From Lama glama (taxonomy: Eukaryota): a stretch of DNA of 64,000 bases. The DNA is taken from positions 79,610,001-79,674,000 of the forward strand of contig CM052816.1 in assembly GCA_028534125.1 (NCBI GenBank). The letters run 5' to 3'. Both the position numbers and the translations under genes were made by a program. The notes under the pieces were generated by a model. It did not search any database. It was not told the DNA's origin and saw nothing but the letters and a program-made list of their open reading frames with translations. This document shows positions 23,821 through 37,560 of the stretch, in pieces. Each line of letters opens with the position of its first letter. Position 1 is the stretch's first letter.

Positions 23821-25404
23821 ATATTGTATTATGTTATATTATTTACATATTTTAGCTACCTTCTTTGATTCATTTTCTTCATCCGCCATAGCTTATGGAA
23901 ACCTGTAAGTTTAGTAAATGAATGATTACTGACAAAATAGCAGTGAAGTGGGTATGCAAGGAAGTAAAATTTGCCCAGGTTCAAGGACCTTTGTCTCCAT
24001 ACCTTTCCAACTCTTTTTTTTCTGTCATTTCCCCCAAGAACATAATAGCACCCCTTCGCTCTTTATTGAAATTAACACAACTAATCTAAAAGAGTGAGCA
24101 GGTAAGCCCAGCAAGGAGCAGAGGTCATCAGTATCCAAGTTTGGGAGAAGGGCAGAGTGAAATTCATGAGGATGGCTTGACTCAACTCTAGTTAAATGTG
24201 TGATGTGTTATATAACTTTGACAGAATTAAGTGCAGATACTTTGATGGTAGCCAGAACATGCTAATAATAAAAGTTTGACTATTATATTCTTTCTAAAAT
24301 AGTCATAAATCCCCTCATTATGTCTGTTCTTTTCAAGGAAAGATACTTAAAATCCTGTGGGTGTCTCTGTACAACAAAAGGAAAAAAATTCTTCCTCTCA
24401 CTTGCCAGCTTCCCATTCCTCCCACATTGACCAGGAAGAATAGAAGAAAATCCACGTTCAGTACAATTTGGAGCCCATCCATGCATCCACGGTGTCTTCT
24501 AGTGGAATTAGGCTGCTCCTAGGAACTGAATTTTACCATATGTGGCCAAATGCGTGCCTCTGTTGAGAGGAGGAAAGTTGAAAATTGTATTTTATTATTA
24601 TGTTAGTCAATATATTTTTAAATGCTAAGGAAAAATTTTAATGAGTATCTCCCCAGGAAAAAAAGGATAAATTTGCTGCTTTGAACTTTCTAGAACTAAA
24701 CAGAAAACTGAACAAGAACCATAGGACCAGGTTTAACTGGTCAATTTGTCACTGAGAGCATTAACAATTTCTCCCTGTGAGGTTTTCTGTCCTTGACATG
24801 ACCAAATTAGAGTTTTTCTACATGTGGCAGGGTGGATGGGGGAATCACTTGATTTTGTGTATAACTTGCATCCAGGAAGTACAGAATGATTAACCAGGAT
24901 GAATCCATAAGACTTCCCAGCAATATTTGCTGTACTTTGTGATTATTACTTAGCTCCTAAAGGGAATAAAAGACACAAGTAAATGATTTGATGGGAGGGT
25001 AGTCACATTAACTTAGGCAAGCGCATTGCCGCTACACTCTGAAAGGGGGAGAACCACCAAAGACTTATTAACATAAGCCTGGAATGGACTTTGTGGAGTA
25101 AGAAACATGGGAAGCTATCCATGTAACTCATTGCAAATTAGAACAGGAGACGGCTCTTTCCCTTGATGCAGTCCCTCAGACCCACCTTATCCCTAGCCCT
25201 TCACAGGGTAGGACCAAAGGGAAGAGGGCACCTCTGGTCGTGAACATTTGCTCATCAAGTTCTGAAATGGCCTGGGTCAGCTTGGGAATCACTCAGCTCA
25301 GCCAACAGTAATAGTGAAGATAATACACTTGTCTGTCTTGTTACATTCATCTATTGCCATGAGCTGGTATAGGCATTAATATTTATGAATGAATAAATGA
25401 TTGT

Positions 25405-25850
25405 GATATTAACAATAAAAGTTGTTTCCACTTATTGAAAATTTACTATTGAGGCCATGAGAAGCACTTTATGTTCATTCCCTTATTTAATCCTTGTATA
25501 TTCCACAGGGATGGGATTCATTTTATTTTAATTATTGCCTTTCCAAATAGTAATAGTCAGAATGTTTTATGGTAAAATTAAGTGAATGAAAATTAATATT
25601 GGAAAGTCTCTTCACTGAAAAATTTCTTATAATAATCATGAAAAATAAGGGCTATAAAAGTAAAAAAAAAATCTTTGTGCAAATTTATAAACCCATAAGA
25701 TTATAGACAGGTACTTTTGAGGTCATCTACTCCAATTTCCTAATTTTATAAAGGAGGAAAATTAGCCACAGATTAAATTAGACCCAATGTTACATAGTTA
25801 GCTGGTGCCAGAGTTGGGAGTGGACCTCCTGACCCCACCACAATGTGCAG
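25405..25850 (-). mobile_element. MIR fragments
   Basis: cacttattgaaaatttactat...aagcactttatg...atttaatcct; aattttataaaggaggaaaattagccacag...cccaatgttacatagttagctggtgccagagttggg. Confidence 0.6.
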
Positions 25851-26309
25851 GCCTTAGTGGGCTTCTTTTGTTATATTCTTTCACTACTCCTTTCAAGATT
25901 ATTAGAGTTAATAAATATTTAATGATTAGTAGAGTCAGTGGAGTCACAAAACCCCTGTTCACTACACTGCCCCATGTCACCCATGTCTCTGGGATCATGC
26001 AGTGACATAAAGTCTGCTGTATTGTTTAGTAAGGATTGTCAAGAAGGTGACTGTGATCCAGATCAGTGGGAAGGGGAGGAATGAAGTAATGGCGACACTA
26101 TACCTCAAATTTCCCATACTCTTATCTATACTGCTGCCAATTAAATATACATATGTTCCAACCATGAGTCCTCATGTGAGGCTGTCCTACAGGTGACTTT
26201 CCCCTTGTCCATTAGTTCCAACAAGCTTGAAAAAGAAAACGTTTTGAGAACTTCTGTCTTGTGTCCCCAGGGAATATGTCTGTCTGACCCAATCACTGTG
26301 CGGGGAGGA

Positions 26310-26510
26310 GGACGTCATGGCTGGAGCCCAAGATCAGAAGTCAGAGCTTCCCAGCCCTGCCGAGATACCTTGGGCAATGCTCCTTCCAAGAGGCTTAACT
26401 CTCACTTCTCCAGCTGTGAATAGAAGGGCAGCCCTGATGTCCTGCTGACCCAGTGTTACAAGATTGGTCATGTAACACCTGCAAGCGTGCTCATTGTAGT
26501 TCTCTAGCAT
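26310..26510 (+). mobile_element. MIR fragment
   Basis: cccagccctgcc...accttgggcaa...cacttctccagctgtgaatag...gtgttacaagatt. Confidence 0.5.
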
Positions 26511-26786
26511 GACCTAAAGTTGGGTATCTGGTCAAGAGGACCTTCAGACAACTCAGAACATAACCAGCATGTGGCAATCAGTCTTTGGAGAAAGAGAAAA
26601 TCCACAAGGAGTATGGCATATTCTTACAAATGGAGCAAGGCTGGTCACTTTTCACATGCTCGTCATATGCTCGTCATTCTGAAAGAAGCTCTGAGTGCTT
26701 CCCGCTACTTCCAGAAAGAAGCATCTTGTAACCTTCCTCATTTAGTGAGAATCTATCCTAGGTTGTTTTTTTTCTTAAGATTTTTT

Positions 26787-26921
26787 TCTTTGTTTTTAAA
26801 GTATAGTTGATTTACAATTTTGTGTTACTTACAGGTATACAACAAAGTGATTCTGTTATGCACTATGTATGTATATATCTATATTCTTTTTTCTATTCTT
26901 TTCCATTATAGTTTATTATTT
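26787..26921 (-). mobile_element. Short L1 3' end
   Basis: aagtatagttgatttacaattttgtgtta...caggtatacaacaaagtgattc...ttctttttccattatag; flanked by ttaagattttt on both sides (TSD). Confidence 0.85.
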
Positions 26922-28759
26922 TTAAGATTTTTAAAAGCCAGCTTTCCAATTTTTCCAACATTCAGCTCATACACAATCAAGAAGTTTACTCCATACCCAA
27001 TTCTAAGGCAGCTTAAGCTTGAAAGGAGACATTTGAAAACCAGACAGCTCAAATCCATGTTGCCTTTGTAGAGGCAGAACATTAAGAGAATGTGAAGTCA
27101 TTTCCTAGTTGGATGGTTTTCTAACAAGATAAAGTTTCATAGAGACAAAGAGCCACACAGCTCTCCACAGTGAGGACTCACATGTAGTTAACCAGTCCGC
27201 TAGCCCAGCATATCAGACGAGATCCCTTCTGCAGTAGCTCGGGGGAGCCAGCCCTGATTCTGGCTTTATTTCTTCCTTGAGGTCAATAATGCCAAGTTCC
27301 CCTGTTTATCGATGCTCATCTTGGGTATGGATGTTGAAAGACAGAATCCAAGCCGACCCGACAGGAGATCCCTTGTGTTTTGTGAGGCATCACACCACAT
27401 CACATTCCTTCTGCATCAGGCAATTTCTGTTTAGCACCTTGTTTTGTCTCTTGAGAGGAGTGATTCAGACCCATGTGGCCAAAGGTTTTCCAGGAATCCG
27501 ACTCATGCCTTGTTCCTAAGCTTTTAGTGAACATTTATGAAGGCAGAGCTTTGCCAGCTAAAACGTTGCACCATAAAGATTGGCTCTTTCCTCCTGTGAA
27601 GTATATACAGAAAATCAAAACAAAGACACATTTGGGGCATTTGACAGACAATTGCAGGAGTGTTCAGGTAGAGGGTGTGGTAGGGTCTCACAGAACTTTT
27701 AGAAAGGGCCTTTCCCTTTATAATATTGATTGTATTGTGTGATAGTTCAGAATTCATAAAGATTTAAATATCAAAAACAGATCAAGTCAGGATAACAATA
27801 TTGTAACCAGATGTAAGATTAGAGGGTGGGCTGAAGAAGGTAGCAGAAAACCAATTATCAATGTGAAACTACTACCTTTTTTGCTGTTGTAATCAGATTA
27901 ACATTTGAGTATTATAATTCTAGTTTAAGACAAAATAGGTTTAATTCTCTCAAAAAAAAAGCTATCTTTTTTTAAGGGAAGAAAGCAAAATGCCACTTCT
28001 TGTTGGAGAGAATTAGCTTTACCTATTGATTTTATCATCTTTATTTGCTTCTTCAATCAGTGACTATTATTGAATACCCGGCACATACCTAGTGCCAGGC
28101 TCCTTCCAGTGAACGAGGCTCCTAAGGGACCTTACAAAAGGAAATTTAAAAGGAACACTTATGAACACTCCAGACTGAAAACACTATCACCTTTGTATCC
28201 CCACCTTTCAGCACACTGCCTGGATCTTTGAATGTTGGTGTCCCAAAAACCATCAGTGAATGGCTGAAAAAATGGTAGTAACCAGAAAAACACTGTCTTT
28301 CCACAGAAAATTTGAAAGGATGACTGGATGAGTTTTATTTTGAACCTGTAAGTGCTGAAGCAGAGGGCATTGGAACAGGGAGAAACAGTGAGGACAGAAG
28401 CATGGTATCCACGCCTGAGGAAGGTCCATGTGTGTTGGGGGTTGGGGAGTGTGCAGGCCTGGCTGGAGAGGATGGCTGGGTCTGGAAGTATGATGGGTCC
28501 CAGAGTGCTGACTAGAGCAATAAGGGATGCTCTTACTTGTTCTTTTATACGTTCAAGTCATTTACATTTCGTGACCCAGGAACTGAATCGAGTAAAGCTG
28601 TGGTTAGGAAAAATGGCTTTAGGGGAAATCAACTCTTACTCTTGTTGTGGAGAACTAGACCATGTAAGAAGCTCTAATGAGAAGGATGGAATGTTGACTT
28701 TAGAAAATTGCTTAGACGCTGGTTAGTTAACGCTTACCCTGTTTTGCAGATGAAGCCAA

Positions 28760-28908
28760 GGCAGTCACAAGGGACCTTGAACTGAGAAGGGCGCCAGGCT
28801 CCTTGATTTAATGCTCTGCTCCTTCCCTTTTAAACTTCTTAATAATTTTGAACAAAGGGCCTTGCATTTTCACTTTACACTGAATTGGCAAATTAAGGAG
28901 CTAGGTTG
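28760..28908 (+). mobile_element. MER91A-like hAT-Tip100 element
   Basis: gcagtcacaaggg...agaagggcgcc...tttaatgctctgct...aaacttcttaataattttgaacaaagggccttgcattttcactttacactg. Confidence 0.75.
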
Positions 28909-29124
28909 TGTACATTCCAGCCTTTCCTTGTTAATTCTGAAAGAATTACTTGATGAGCTTGGATTATCTGTTCCTCATGTAATTCAAAGATCTGTGGAGG
29001 GGATAGTTTGGTCCTTAGGATATTGCATCATTTATCCCTCACCTTAAAGTGTTCCTGTGAGCAGTCATTTCCCAGGTGGCCAGTCATGACGGCACTGGGT
29101 CTGAGAAACAGACTTCCTTCAGAT

Positions 29125-29683
29125 TGTTAACAAACGGCATCCTTGATTCTCAAAAGTGGCTTCTATGGAGCTGGCACACTCTGGAGTCATAACCCCCCCT
29201 TCCCTGGGCTCTCTGTGTGCCTGGAGCCTACTGACACCTTAACCCCCACTCCCCACTGCAGGACCCTCCGCATACCTGCATTTCTGCAGAATAAAAACAC
29301 CTCTTGATGTGCGTTTACCCTAACAAAACTCATCGCCCCAGGAGACAGCCCATCTCGTAGTACCTTAGGCAACAGGCCTCACCTCCTGCCCTTACCAAAG
29401 TCCTGAAACCTACTGTTCAGAGAAGTCCCTGACAGAGCTTACAACCAATCAGGTGTCTGTGCAGGAACTGATCACGCAGCCCCTACTCCTGCTGTGCACA
29501 GCCCCCTCCCCCTAATAAAAGACCTTGCACGCCCACCCTCGGTGCTCTCCCAGGCCCCTCTCGGCTGTGTGGCCCACTGTCCCCTATAACAGCATCCCTA
29601 TTAAACTTTCCTAAACTCTTCTTGGTCTCTGGTAATTCTTCTAACAACGCGCATCACTGGCCCGCAACACTGTGCCCACGATA
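29125..29683 (+). mobile_element. ERV solo LTR with recognisable U3-R-U5 signals
   Basis: CCAAT (~29445), TATA-like taataaaa (~29513), ATTAAA (~29600), U5-like ggtaattcttctaacaacgcgc...cccacgata; termini and TSD not clean. Confidence 0.7.
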
Positions 29684-31374
29684 GACTCTCCTTCAGTGGA
29701 GATGTGGGTCCAGTGGTGGAGATGCTGTCATACTGGTGAACACTGGATGTGCTAACTGTAATATTGCACGCTGTTGTACACTATGTCTTAAGTCAATTCC
29801 TAATACACACTTACTGAGACTGAGATAACCTTGGACAAGTAGTGAAGATATGACACCAACTTTTCCTCAGTGAGTTCTAGTCCATGACAGTGAAGCTGGA
29901 CATATTTTACAGAATTAGAATCACTGTAGAATAAAAAAACTATTATGAGAAAAAGATAATTCTTTTATTAAGAGAACTGGAATATACTCAGTCTTGAAAA
30001 ATAAGCTCCAACATTAAACTTGTAAGAATAATAATTCTACATTGAAATGAATCTCTTAATCTCAGCATCCATCTATGCTTCTTTTATTAATACTCAATGA
30101 GTATTAGGTAAAGGAGTTTGAAACACTATAACTTTATAAAATGTAAAGTATCTGCAACCATATTTTATTTCCAGAATACTGCAATTTAACTATTGATGCC
30201 TGTAGTTTCATAAGGTGAGGAGTAGGAAGAAAAATACAGAGGCAGCTGGTAGCAAGAAACAGTAGCAAGCCACCATCCTTGTTTTAAGCAGAACCGCAAT
30301 CATTGCTTTTAGATACACAAAATTAAACATTCAGAAGAAAAGAATGGTGAAAGAAAATGGGCATAAACACAGGTATGTTTTTGAAGATTCCTAAGGAATA
30401 GAGTCAGAGATCTTCGGAGTGGGGAGCCTTCCACTGGATAGAGCACACACAGTGCTTTGCATATGGGAGTTTCTCTGTACATTTTAGCTGAATTTAATGG
30501 AGGGCATGCATAATGATGTGACATACTAAGGGGATATTCGATCACTGCAGGTTTGGACAAGAAAACCACATCAGGCACATGCTGACTTCATCAGCTCCTC
30601 CCAGATGGACAGTGAACAGCAGCCAGGCTGCAAGCCCCTATCAGTTGAAATGGCATCTCTTCCCACTGGGGAAACACGGCGAGCGTCACCAACGTGGACG
30701 GGTCTGCAGCAGAGGAGACCCCCGAGGCTCAGAGGGCTGGAACTTGCGTTCCTCAGTTCATGCACAGGCAGATTTTTCCCAAATGATTTCTTAAAAGGGT
30801 GTGTGTCTCTAAATTGTCACAGGCAGACTTGTCTTTTAAATGAAAGGCCAAGAGCCATGTTTTCTGACCCAGTTCTGCCCTTTGGCCAGTGTCCGTGATT
30901 TTAATGGGCAGACCGTCTGCCCTGGGCCCCTCCGGGCGCTGCAGGTACTCCTAACATCCACGAATCAGCTGAAGCTCTGGGTCGGGGAGTTTCAGTTTCT
31001 GTCAAGCACCTCAGAAAGCAGTGTCCCAAAGTGAACGGGACCAGAGAGTGTTTAAAAAAGCACAGGCTTCAGACTGAAGTGCATCGAGGTGGGGTCTGAG
31101 GACCGCTTCCCCTACCCCTAAGCCCACAATACCTTTTCCCTTAAATTAAAATCGATTTGCTGGAACTTTTAAAAGACTCCCTGGTGATGTGAAACTTTCC
31201 TCCAAATGAAGAATGGGCTTCTTTTAAGTAAATCTAACCACAAAACCTTTTCATTTTAGATGGTCTCTGACAAATATAGTTGGGAGGAAGACTCAGAAAA
31301 TGAGTATGTAGTCCATACCGTCTTTTTTCTGATTTAAGGGTAACATTTATCCCAAAGCATTTTATAAAAAAGAA

Positions 31375-31688
31375 GAACTTATTTACAATACAGAAGCAGG
31401 CTCACAGATATAGAAAACAAACTTATCGTTACCAGAGAGGAGGGGGATGATAAATTGGGAGTTTGAGATTTGCAGATACTAACTATATATAAAATAGATA
31501 AACAGCAAGTTAGTGCTGTATAGCACAGGGAACCATGTTCAGTATCTTGTAGTAACTTATGGTGAAAGAGAATTATGAAAATGAATATATGTATGTTCCT
31601 ATATGACTGAAGTGTTATGCTGTACACCAAAAATTGACACGACATTGTAACCTGATTATATCTCAATAAAAATATATAAAACAAAACA
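31375..31688 (+). mobile_element. Young L1 3' UTR
   Basis: gaacttatttacaatacagaagcaggctcacagatatagaaaacaaacttat...gctgtacaccaaaaattgacacgacattgtaa...tcaataaaaa. Confidence 0.9.
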
Positions 31689-32350
31689 CAGAAGATGAAA
31701 GTCCAGCCACTTTCAAAGGAAAGACACTAGACACACACTGCAGAATAAGTATTATTTTCTAGTCTTATTTCCTTTATAAGGTTTATGTATAAAAGCATAT
31801 TTAATAGCATTTCTTTACCTTTGGACTAAGAAAAGCTAAAAAAAAAACCTGCAAGATTCAAATATCATCTCCTTAAACCCTTCCCTTCCAGTGCTGTCTA
31901 CACCCCGATCCTGTCCACATCCCGACCCGTCCTGTCCACGGAAGTTACACAGGAAATCTCCCAGAGCACCTGCTGGTCACACATCCGAGACTGGTACTCA
32001 CTTTCTAGGCTCACACACACAAACTAAATCCCTCAATGTGTTTCCCCTCATCTCCCACAGATCCATGTGGAAGAATCTATAATTTTGAAGTGCCTGGCAA
32101 AATACTGTCCACTTAACACCCGGCTACATTATATTTAACTAAAATTTACTGGAAAGATTGAGGAAATACTACATCTGACTAGAGCAACTACTCGAGGGAA
32201 TTAAGTTGCGGGTGTCCCTTAACGTGCGCTTAGCCGGGAGAAAACCAGAACTAGACGTCTAGGTGCTCTCAGTAACCACCAGGAGACACCCCTTCCCTTA
32301 GATAATCATAACGTGGCCTTCATTCTGGCAGAAGATCTCATTGTGCTTTG

Positions 32351-32850
32351 NNNNNNNNNNNNNNNNNNNNNNNNNNNNNNNNNNNNNNNNNNNNNNNNNN
32401 NNNNNNNNNNNNNNNNNNNNNNNNNNNNNNNNNNNNNNNNNNNNNNNNNNNNNNNNNNNNNNNNNNNNNNNNNNNNNNNNNNNNNNNNNNNNNNNNNNNN
32501 NNNNNNNNNNNNNNNNNNNNNNNNNNNNNNNNNNNNNNNNNNNNNNNNNNNNNNNNNNNNNNNNNNNNNNNNNNNNNNNNNNNNNNNNNNNNNNNNNNNN
32601 NNNNNNNNNNNNNNNNNNNNNNNNNNNNNNNNNNNNNNNNNNNNNNNNNNNNNNNNNNNNNNNNNNNNNNNNNNNNNNNNNNNNNNNNNNNNNNNNNNNN
32701 NNNNNNNNNNNNNNNNNNNNNNNNNNNNNNNNNNNNNNNNNNNNNNNNNNNNNNNNNNNNNNNNNNNNNNNNNNNNNNNNNNNNNNNNNNNNNNNNNNNN
32801 NNNNNNNNNNNNNNNNNNNNNNNNNNNNNNNNNNNNNNNNNNNNNNNNNN
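32351..32850. other. Assembly gap (500 N)
   Basis: Run of n. Confidence 1.
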
Positions 32851-32858
32851 CTGACAAC

Positions 32859-32926
32859 ACAATTTGTAAAAACAAAATATCTGCAAAGTGCAATAAAGTC
32901 CAGTCCAATAGAATGAGGTCTGCCTG
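32859..32926 (-). mobile_element. Tigger1 left-end (TIR) fragment
   Basis: caatttgtaaaaacaaaatatctgcaaagtgcaataaag...caatagaatgaggtctgcctg|TA is the reverse complement of the Tigger1 5' end. Confidence 0.8.
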
Positions 32927-33444
32927 TACAAGATGCTCTCTGAGACAGACAAGTAGCATTTGTTCATTTCCACTCGAAATCTAAATCTGGGGGGAAATGG
33001 CAGTAAGAAGGTGCCAGGAATGAATTTTGGTGTGTCTACATCAACAGTAATACATATTTTTCAACATCTTCTAAGCCAAGAAGTCTGTGCCAGACTCCAT
33101 GGGGAAAATGTAAAAATCCTAAAACAAGGATTTTAGGGGGAGCGTATTATCTAGTTGGGAAGATGAGCATAAACATGAAATGCCAGGAGCAACGTAAAAT
33201 AACACTCTCTAAGCGTTACACGATCGGACGTTTATAGACTTGGGGGTTCCAGAGGGCAGTGAGCGTGTAAGCCCAAAAGTACATTGAAAAAGACCAGGGT
33301 AAGAGATGGACATTGTGGGTTGTAAGGCTAAGCTACAGACAAATGCAGAGGGGAAGAAAAGACGCCCCAAGTAAGGAAATTTGTACAACTGGTCTTGGTG
33401 ATGGAAATGTGCATGGAGTATGTGGAGATGTGAAAAAGAGCAGC

Positions 33445-33600
33445 TGGAATCACCAGGGAAGCTTTTAAGAAGTCCTGATTTTTATTCATTTTCATTTAAT
33501 TAATTTAGAAATGGGGCCTGAGGGCCAGTGTTATGGTCATCTTTGTTGTTTTTAATTCCCTTGGATATTCTAACGTGAAGCCAGAATTGAAAATTTACTG
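33445..33600. mobile_element. MER5-like hAT element
   Basis: gaatcaccagggaagcttttaa...atggggcctgagg...gatattctaacgtgaagccagaattgaaaatttactg. Confidence 0.55.
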
Positions 33601-34761
33601 AGCAAGATCTTTGTCTTATAATAAAGGGAAATGAAATTAAAAGGGTAGTACTTTAAAGGAAGTGAAATGGACAGTCAAGAAGTATGGTCTTTATTTTGCG
33701 GAAATTTTATAATCATGTGTATTTCTATGTAGTCTTTTGAATTCGCAGACAGTCGTTGTTTGTAGTCATTGTTTGCTGTTGACTTGGACTAGCTGAAACA
33801 CGTAACCAGCTGCCCATTCCCGTACTCTGTGTGCTTTTGGGGTTCCCTGTAGTCAACCCTGGCTAAGCGTGGGCCAACTGGTATCTCATAGCTCCTTGTA
33901 TTCACCAGGCTTTATGTATCATTGCAAAGGGCTTCATTATCATACCCATTAGTGCCCACAGTAGCTATTTTATAACGATCTGTAACCTTCCCTCACCTCT
34001 CCAACTTTACAAATCGGGAAATGGAGTTTAATTACTTGCCTTGAGCCTGGAGGCTTGCTGTTGACAGAAGTGAAATTAGGATTCTCAGCCACTGAATTCC
34101 CTGTCATCTTTTTGGACTCCTAAAATGTGTGTGCCCAGTCTCCCATTGGTGTTAGAATGCTCTGTACCTAGCCATGTTATTTCTTCAATGAATGAATGAG
34201 TGTGACAGGTCAGTAGGTAAAAGATGACTCGTCCACTGGAGCTGCCAATGCTGTGATTCTGAGTGTTTGTGACCCACAGGCAGCCACTGAAGTCCCATCC
34301 CTACCATCTCAGAGTTTCCATTGGAATGAAAGCTTGGTCGTGCGTTCTTACAGCTCCCCCAGTCTTACCTCTGGATAGTGAAGTCTCCCTCGCCCCAGAG
34401 CTTTCAGGCTGTTCTGATTTCTCTCCTCTGAAGCTTCTATTCACTGAAATGATATTGATTTTTGCTACACACCCAAAAATAGAGACGAAAGCCCAGCGAT
34501 TTTCACAGCTGCATTTTTAAAGAATTCTTTGTTTGTCTTAAGAACTTCTGGATTTATTGCCAATGATGAAGCTGGCAGGTCTTTATGAAGGGCAGTGGAA
34601 AAAGGCTCGGTCTTGCCACTACAGCCTCATTACGACAAGAAGATGTCAGTTTTGTTCCTTTCTGCAGTGGTTATTTTCTTTTTCCTTGTCTTGAACTCCA
34701 TTACTGATTTAAGAACAATTTCTAGTGTCTTTCAGCTATAGCCCAAATCAAGCCTCTAAAA

Positions 34762-34910
34762 CAGTGGTCCTCAATTCTGACTGCACATGAAAATCATCTT
34801 GGGAGCTTTAAAAAATCCGGAGGCCCAGGCCCCCACTCATAAACCCATTAAATCAAGATTCTGGAAATGAAGCCTGGATTTCCTATTTATTTACAGTTCT
34901 CCACATGAGC
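34762..34910. mobile_element. MER5A-like hAT element
   Basis: cagtggtcctcaattctgactgcacatgaaaatcatcttgggagctttaaaaaat...gcccaggccccac...attaaatcaagattctgg. Confidence 0.75.
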
Positions 34911-35647
34911 TTCACTAAGAGCTGACCTAACTTCTCAGCTAAGATCCAGATCTTAATTATTTATTTCTGTTTCTTCTTTTGCCTTGTTTTAGATCTCATG
35001 GACCCAAGAGAACCATTCAAACATTATTTTCATGGGGTAGCAACTTCATCATTCTGCTCTTAGGAAAGGAGAATTTCTAGCATAATGTTAAGATTTCTTC
35101 CTACATAAACTACTTCATAGTCAGAGTGGCCCTGCATAACCTAGTGACTACAATTTCTGTATGTGCAGTTGGGAAAGCAAGTTGCCAGAAGCTTTGTAAT
35201 TATGAGATTGAAAGATAAAAGTTAAACTTCCCTGCTACCGTGTACTAAATTTCCCAATTGCTATGTTGATCTTTAGTCAATCAACACTTGCTTTTGTGTC
35301 TCAGCCATTTTAAAGCCAATTAACTCTGTTCCTGTCCACACCCTTATTAAAAATATAATTATGGCAGTATTCTCTGTCACTGGGTAGACTTTACAAGGTG
35401 AATTAGCCAAGAACTAACTAGGTTGTGTAAAACCCTCTCAGTCTCAGGGAATGATTTGGTTGCGGAGGCCACCAGCATAAGACTGGGCTAGGGCAGTCAG
35501 GACTTTTGGTTTGGAAAGAGCTGATTACAGGTTGCCCCAATATGGAAGAACTTAGGATATGGAACATGATTCCAAAATCAATCTGAGAATGATTATCCAG
35601 GATCTGGTTAAGTCTAAAATGCCAACCCTTCTCAGGAGATTGTATTA

Positions 35648-36642
35648 TTTTTTTTATTGAAATATAGCCGGTTTACAATGTTATGTCAATTTCTGACATA
35701 CAGCATAATATTTCAGTCATACACATACATACATGTATTTCTTTTCATATTCTTTTTCATTATAGGTTACGACAAGATATTGAATAAAGTTCGCTGTGCT
35801 GTACTGTAGAAACTTTTTGTTTATCTATTTTATATATAGTAGTTAGTATCTGCAAATCTCAAACTCTAAATTTATTCCCTACCACTCCCTTTCTCCCCAG
35901 TAACCATAAGTTTGTTTTCTATGTCTGTGAGTTTGTTTCTGTTTTGTAAATAAATTCATTTGTGTCATTTAGGTTCTACATGTAAGTGATAACATACGGC
36001 ATTTTTCTTTCTCTTTGGCTTACTTCACTTAGAATGACAATCTCCAGGGCCATCCATGTTGCTGCAAATGGCGTTATTTATTTTTTATGGCTGAGTAGTA
36101 TTCCATTGTATAAATGTACCACAACTTCTCTATCCAGTCATCTGTCGATGGACATTTAGGTTGCTTCCATGTCTTGGCTGTTGTATATAGTGCTGCTGTG
36201 AACATTAGGGTGCATGTGTCTTTTCAAACTAGAGTTTCCTCCAGATATGTGCCCAGGAGTGGGATTGCTGGATCATATGGTAGGTCTATTTTCAGATTTT
36301 TAAGGAATCTCCATACTGTTTTCCATAATTGCTGCACCAAACTATATTCCCACCAAAAGTGTAGGAGGGTTCCCTTTTCCACACACCCTCTCCAGCATTT
36401 AGCATTTGTGGACCTTTTAGTGATGGTCATTCTGACTGGTGTGGGGTGATACCTCACTGTAGTTTTGATTTACATTTCTCTGATAATTAATGATATTGAG
36501 AATTTTTTCATGTGCCTATTGGCCATTTGTATGTCTTCATTGGAGAAATGCTTGTTTAGGTCTTCTGCCCATTTTTGGATTTGATTGTTTATTTTTTTGA
36601 TATTGAGCTGTATGAACTGTTTTTATATTCTGGAAATTAAGC
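35648..36642 (-). mobile_element. ~1 kb 5'-truncated young L1 (ORF2 C-terminus and 3' UTR)
   Basis: ORF 36224-36457 [10 protein letters not shown]...[17 protein letters not shown]...[11 protein letters not shown] is the L1 ORF2p Cys-rich end; T-tail at ~35648; imperfect TSD agattgtatta / agattttatta. Confidence 0.95.
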
Positions 36643-36834
36643 TGACAAGGAAGATTTTATTAATATTAAAAATCAACCAATTTTTGTACTAGGTTTTGGG
36701 TGGGAGAGGGGAAGGATAGACCACTGAAATTTTCTGGAGTGCTGAGATTGCAAGATTAGAAGATAAGCAATTATTAAGGAGATTGCAGGGAGATGGATGG
36801 GCAAAGGTCTAGCATTAGCCAAGCACTGGCCATT

Positions 36835-37560
36835 TTTATTCATTCAACTAATATTCATGGAGGGTCTGCTCTGCACCAGGGACCATTCCAGGAGCTAGAG
36901 ATGGACTGATGTTCTTGCTCATGTGGAGTTTACATTCCAGTGAGAGGAAAGAGATATTCATAGTGAGAAACAAATACATACAATCAAATAAGGTAGTGCT
37001 ATGGAGAAAAATGTAGTGAGGAAAGAGACTGATAAGAGCTGCTTTCGATAGACTCACAGGAGTTACCCTCTCTGAAGAGGTGGCGTGTGAGCTAGCTGAT
37101 CGATGCTAAAGAGAGAGCCACACAGAGATCAGGAAGAAAGAAGACCAGCCGGAGGGAACAGCAAGAGCAAAGGCCCTGAGGTTGGAAAAAGTTTGACATG
37201 TTTAAGAAACAGAAAGGAGACCACTGTGGTTGGACCTTAGGAAGGAAGGGACAGAGTCAAGGAGGAAAACAGCCCAGAGGGCCCGCGATCATGGGATGGA
37301 GTTAGGATTAAGTGCTTTAAGGAAATCACTGGGAGGTTTTAAGTAGGGGAGTAATGTGTCTTACCCTGCATTTTAGAGCTTTCTTGGACTTCTGTGTGCA
37401 GAGTGGATTGTAGACTGGGAGCAGAGGGAGAACTTGGAAGGCTGATCAGGAGTCCATCAAGAGGTGATGATGGGTCAGCTAAGGGGTAGCAGTGGGTAGA
37501 AGTATTGGGTTCAGGAGTGAATGTGGAGGTGGGCCCAGCAGGACTTGCAGATGGATGGGG
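36835..37560 (-). mobile_element. L2 (L2a-like) 3' fragment
   Basis: attcattcaactaatattcatggagggtctgctctgcaccagggaccattccaggagctag...ggagggaacagcaagagcaaaggccctgagg. Confidence 0.85.

Noticed and set aside
26656..26677. Short direct duplications (atgctcgtcat x2; also tcataaaactag at 385/399 and tcctgtccac near 31909/31930)
   Set aside because: Ordinary replication-slippage microduplications.
32306..32984. Longest ORFs in the track (168-223 aa)
   Set aside because: Artefacts of translating the 500-N gap.
36224..36457. ORF with clear protein homology
   Set aside because: C-terminal piece of L1 ORF2p in a truncated element, not a host gene.
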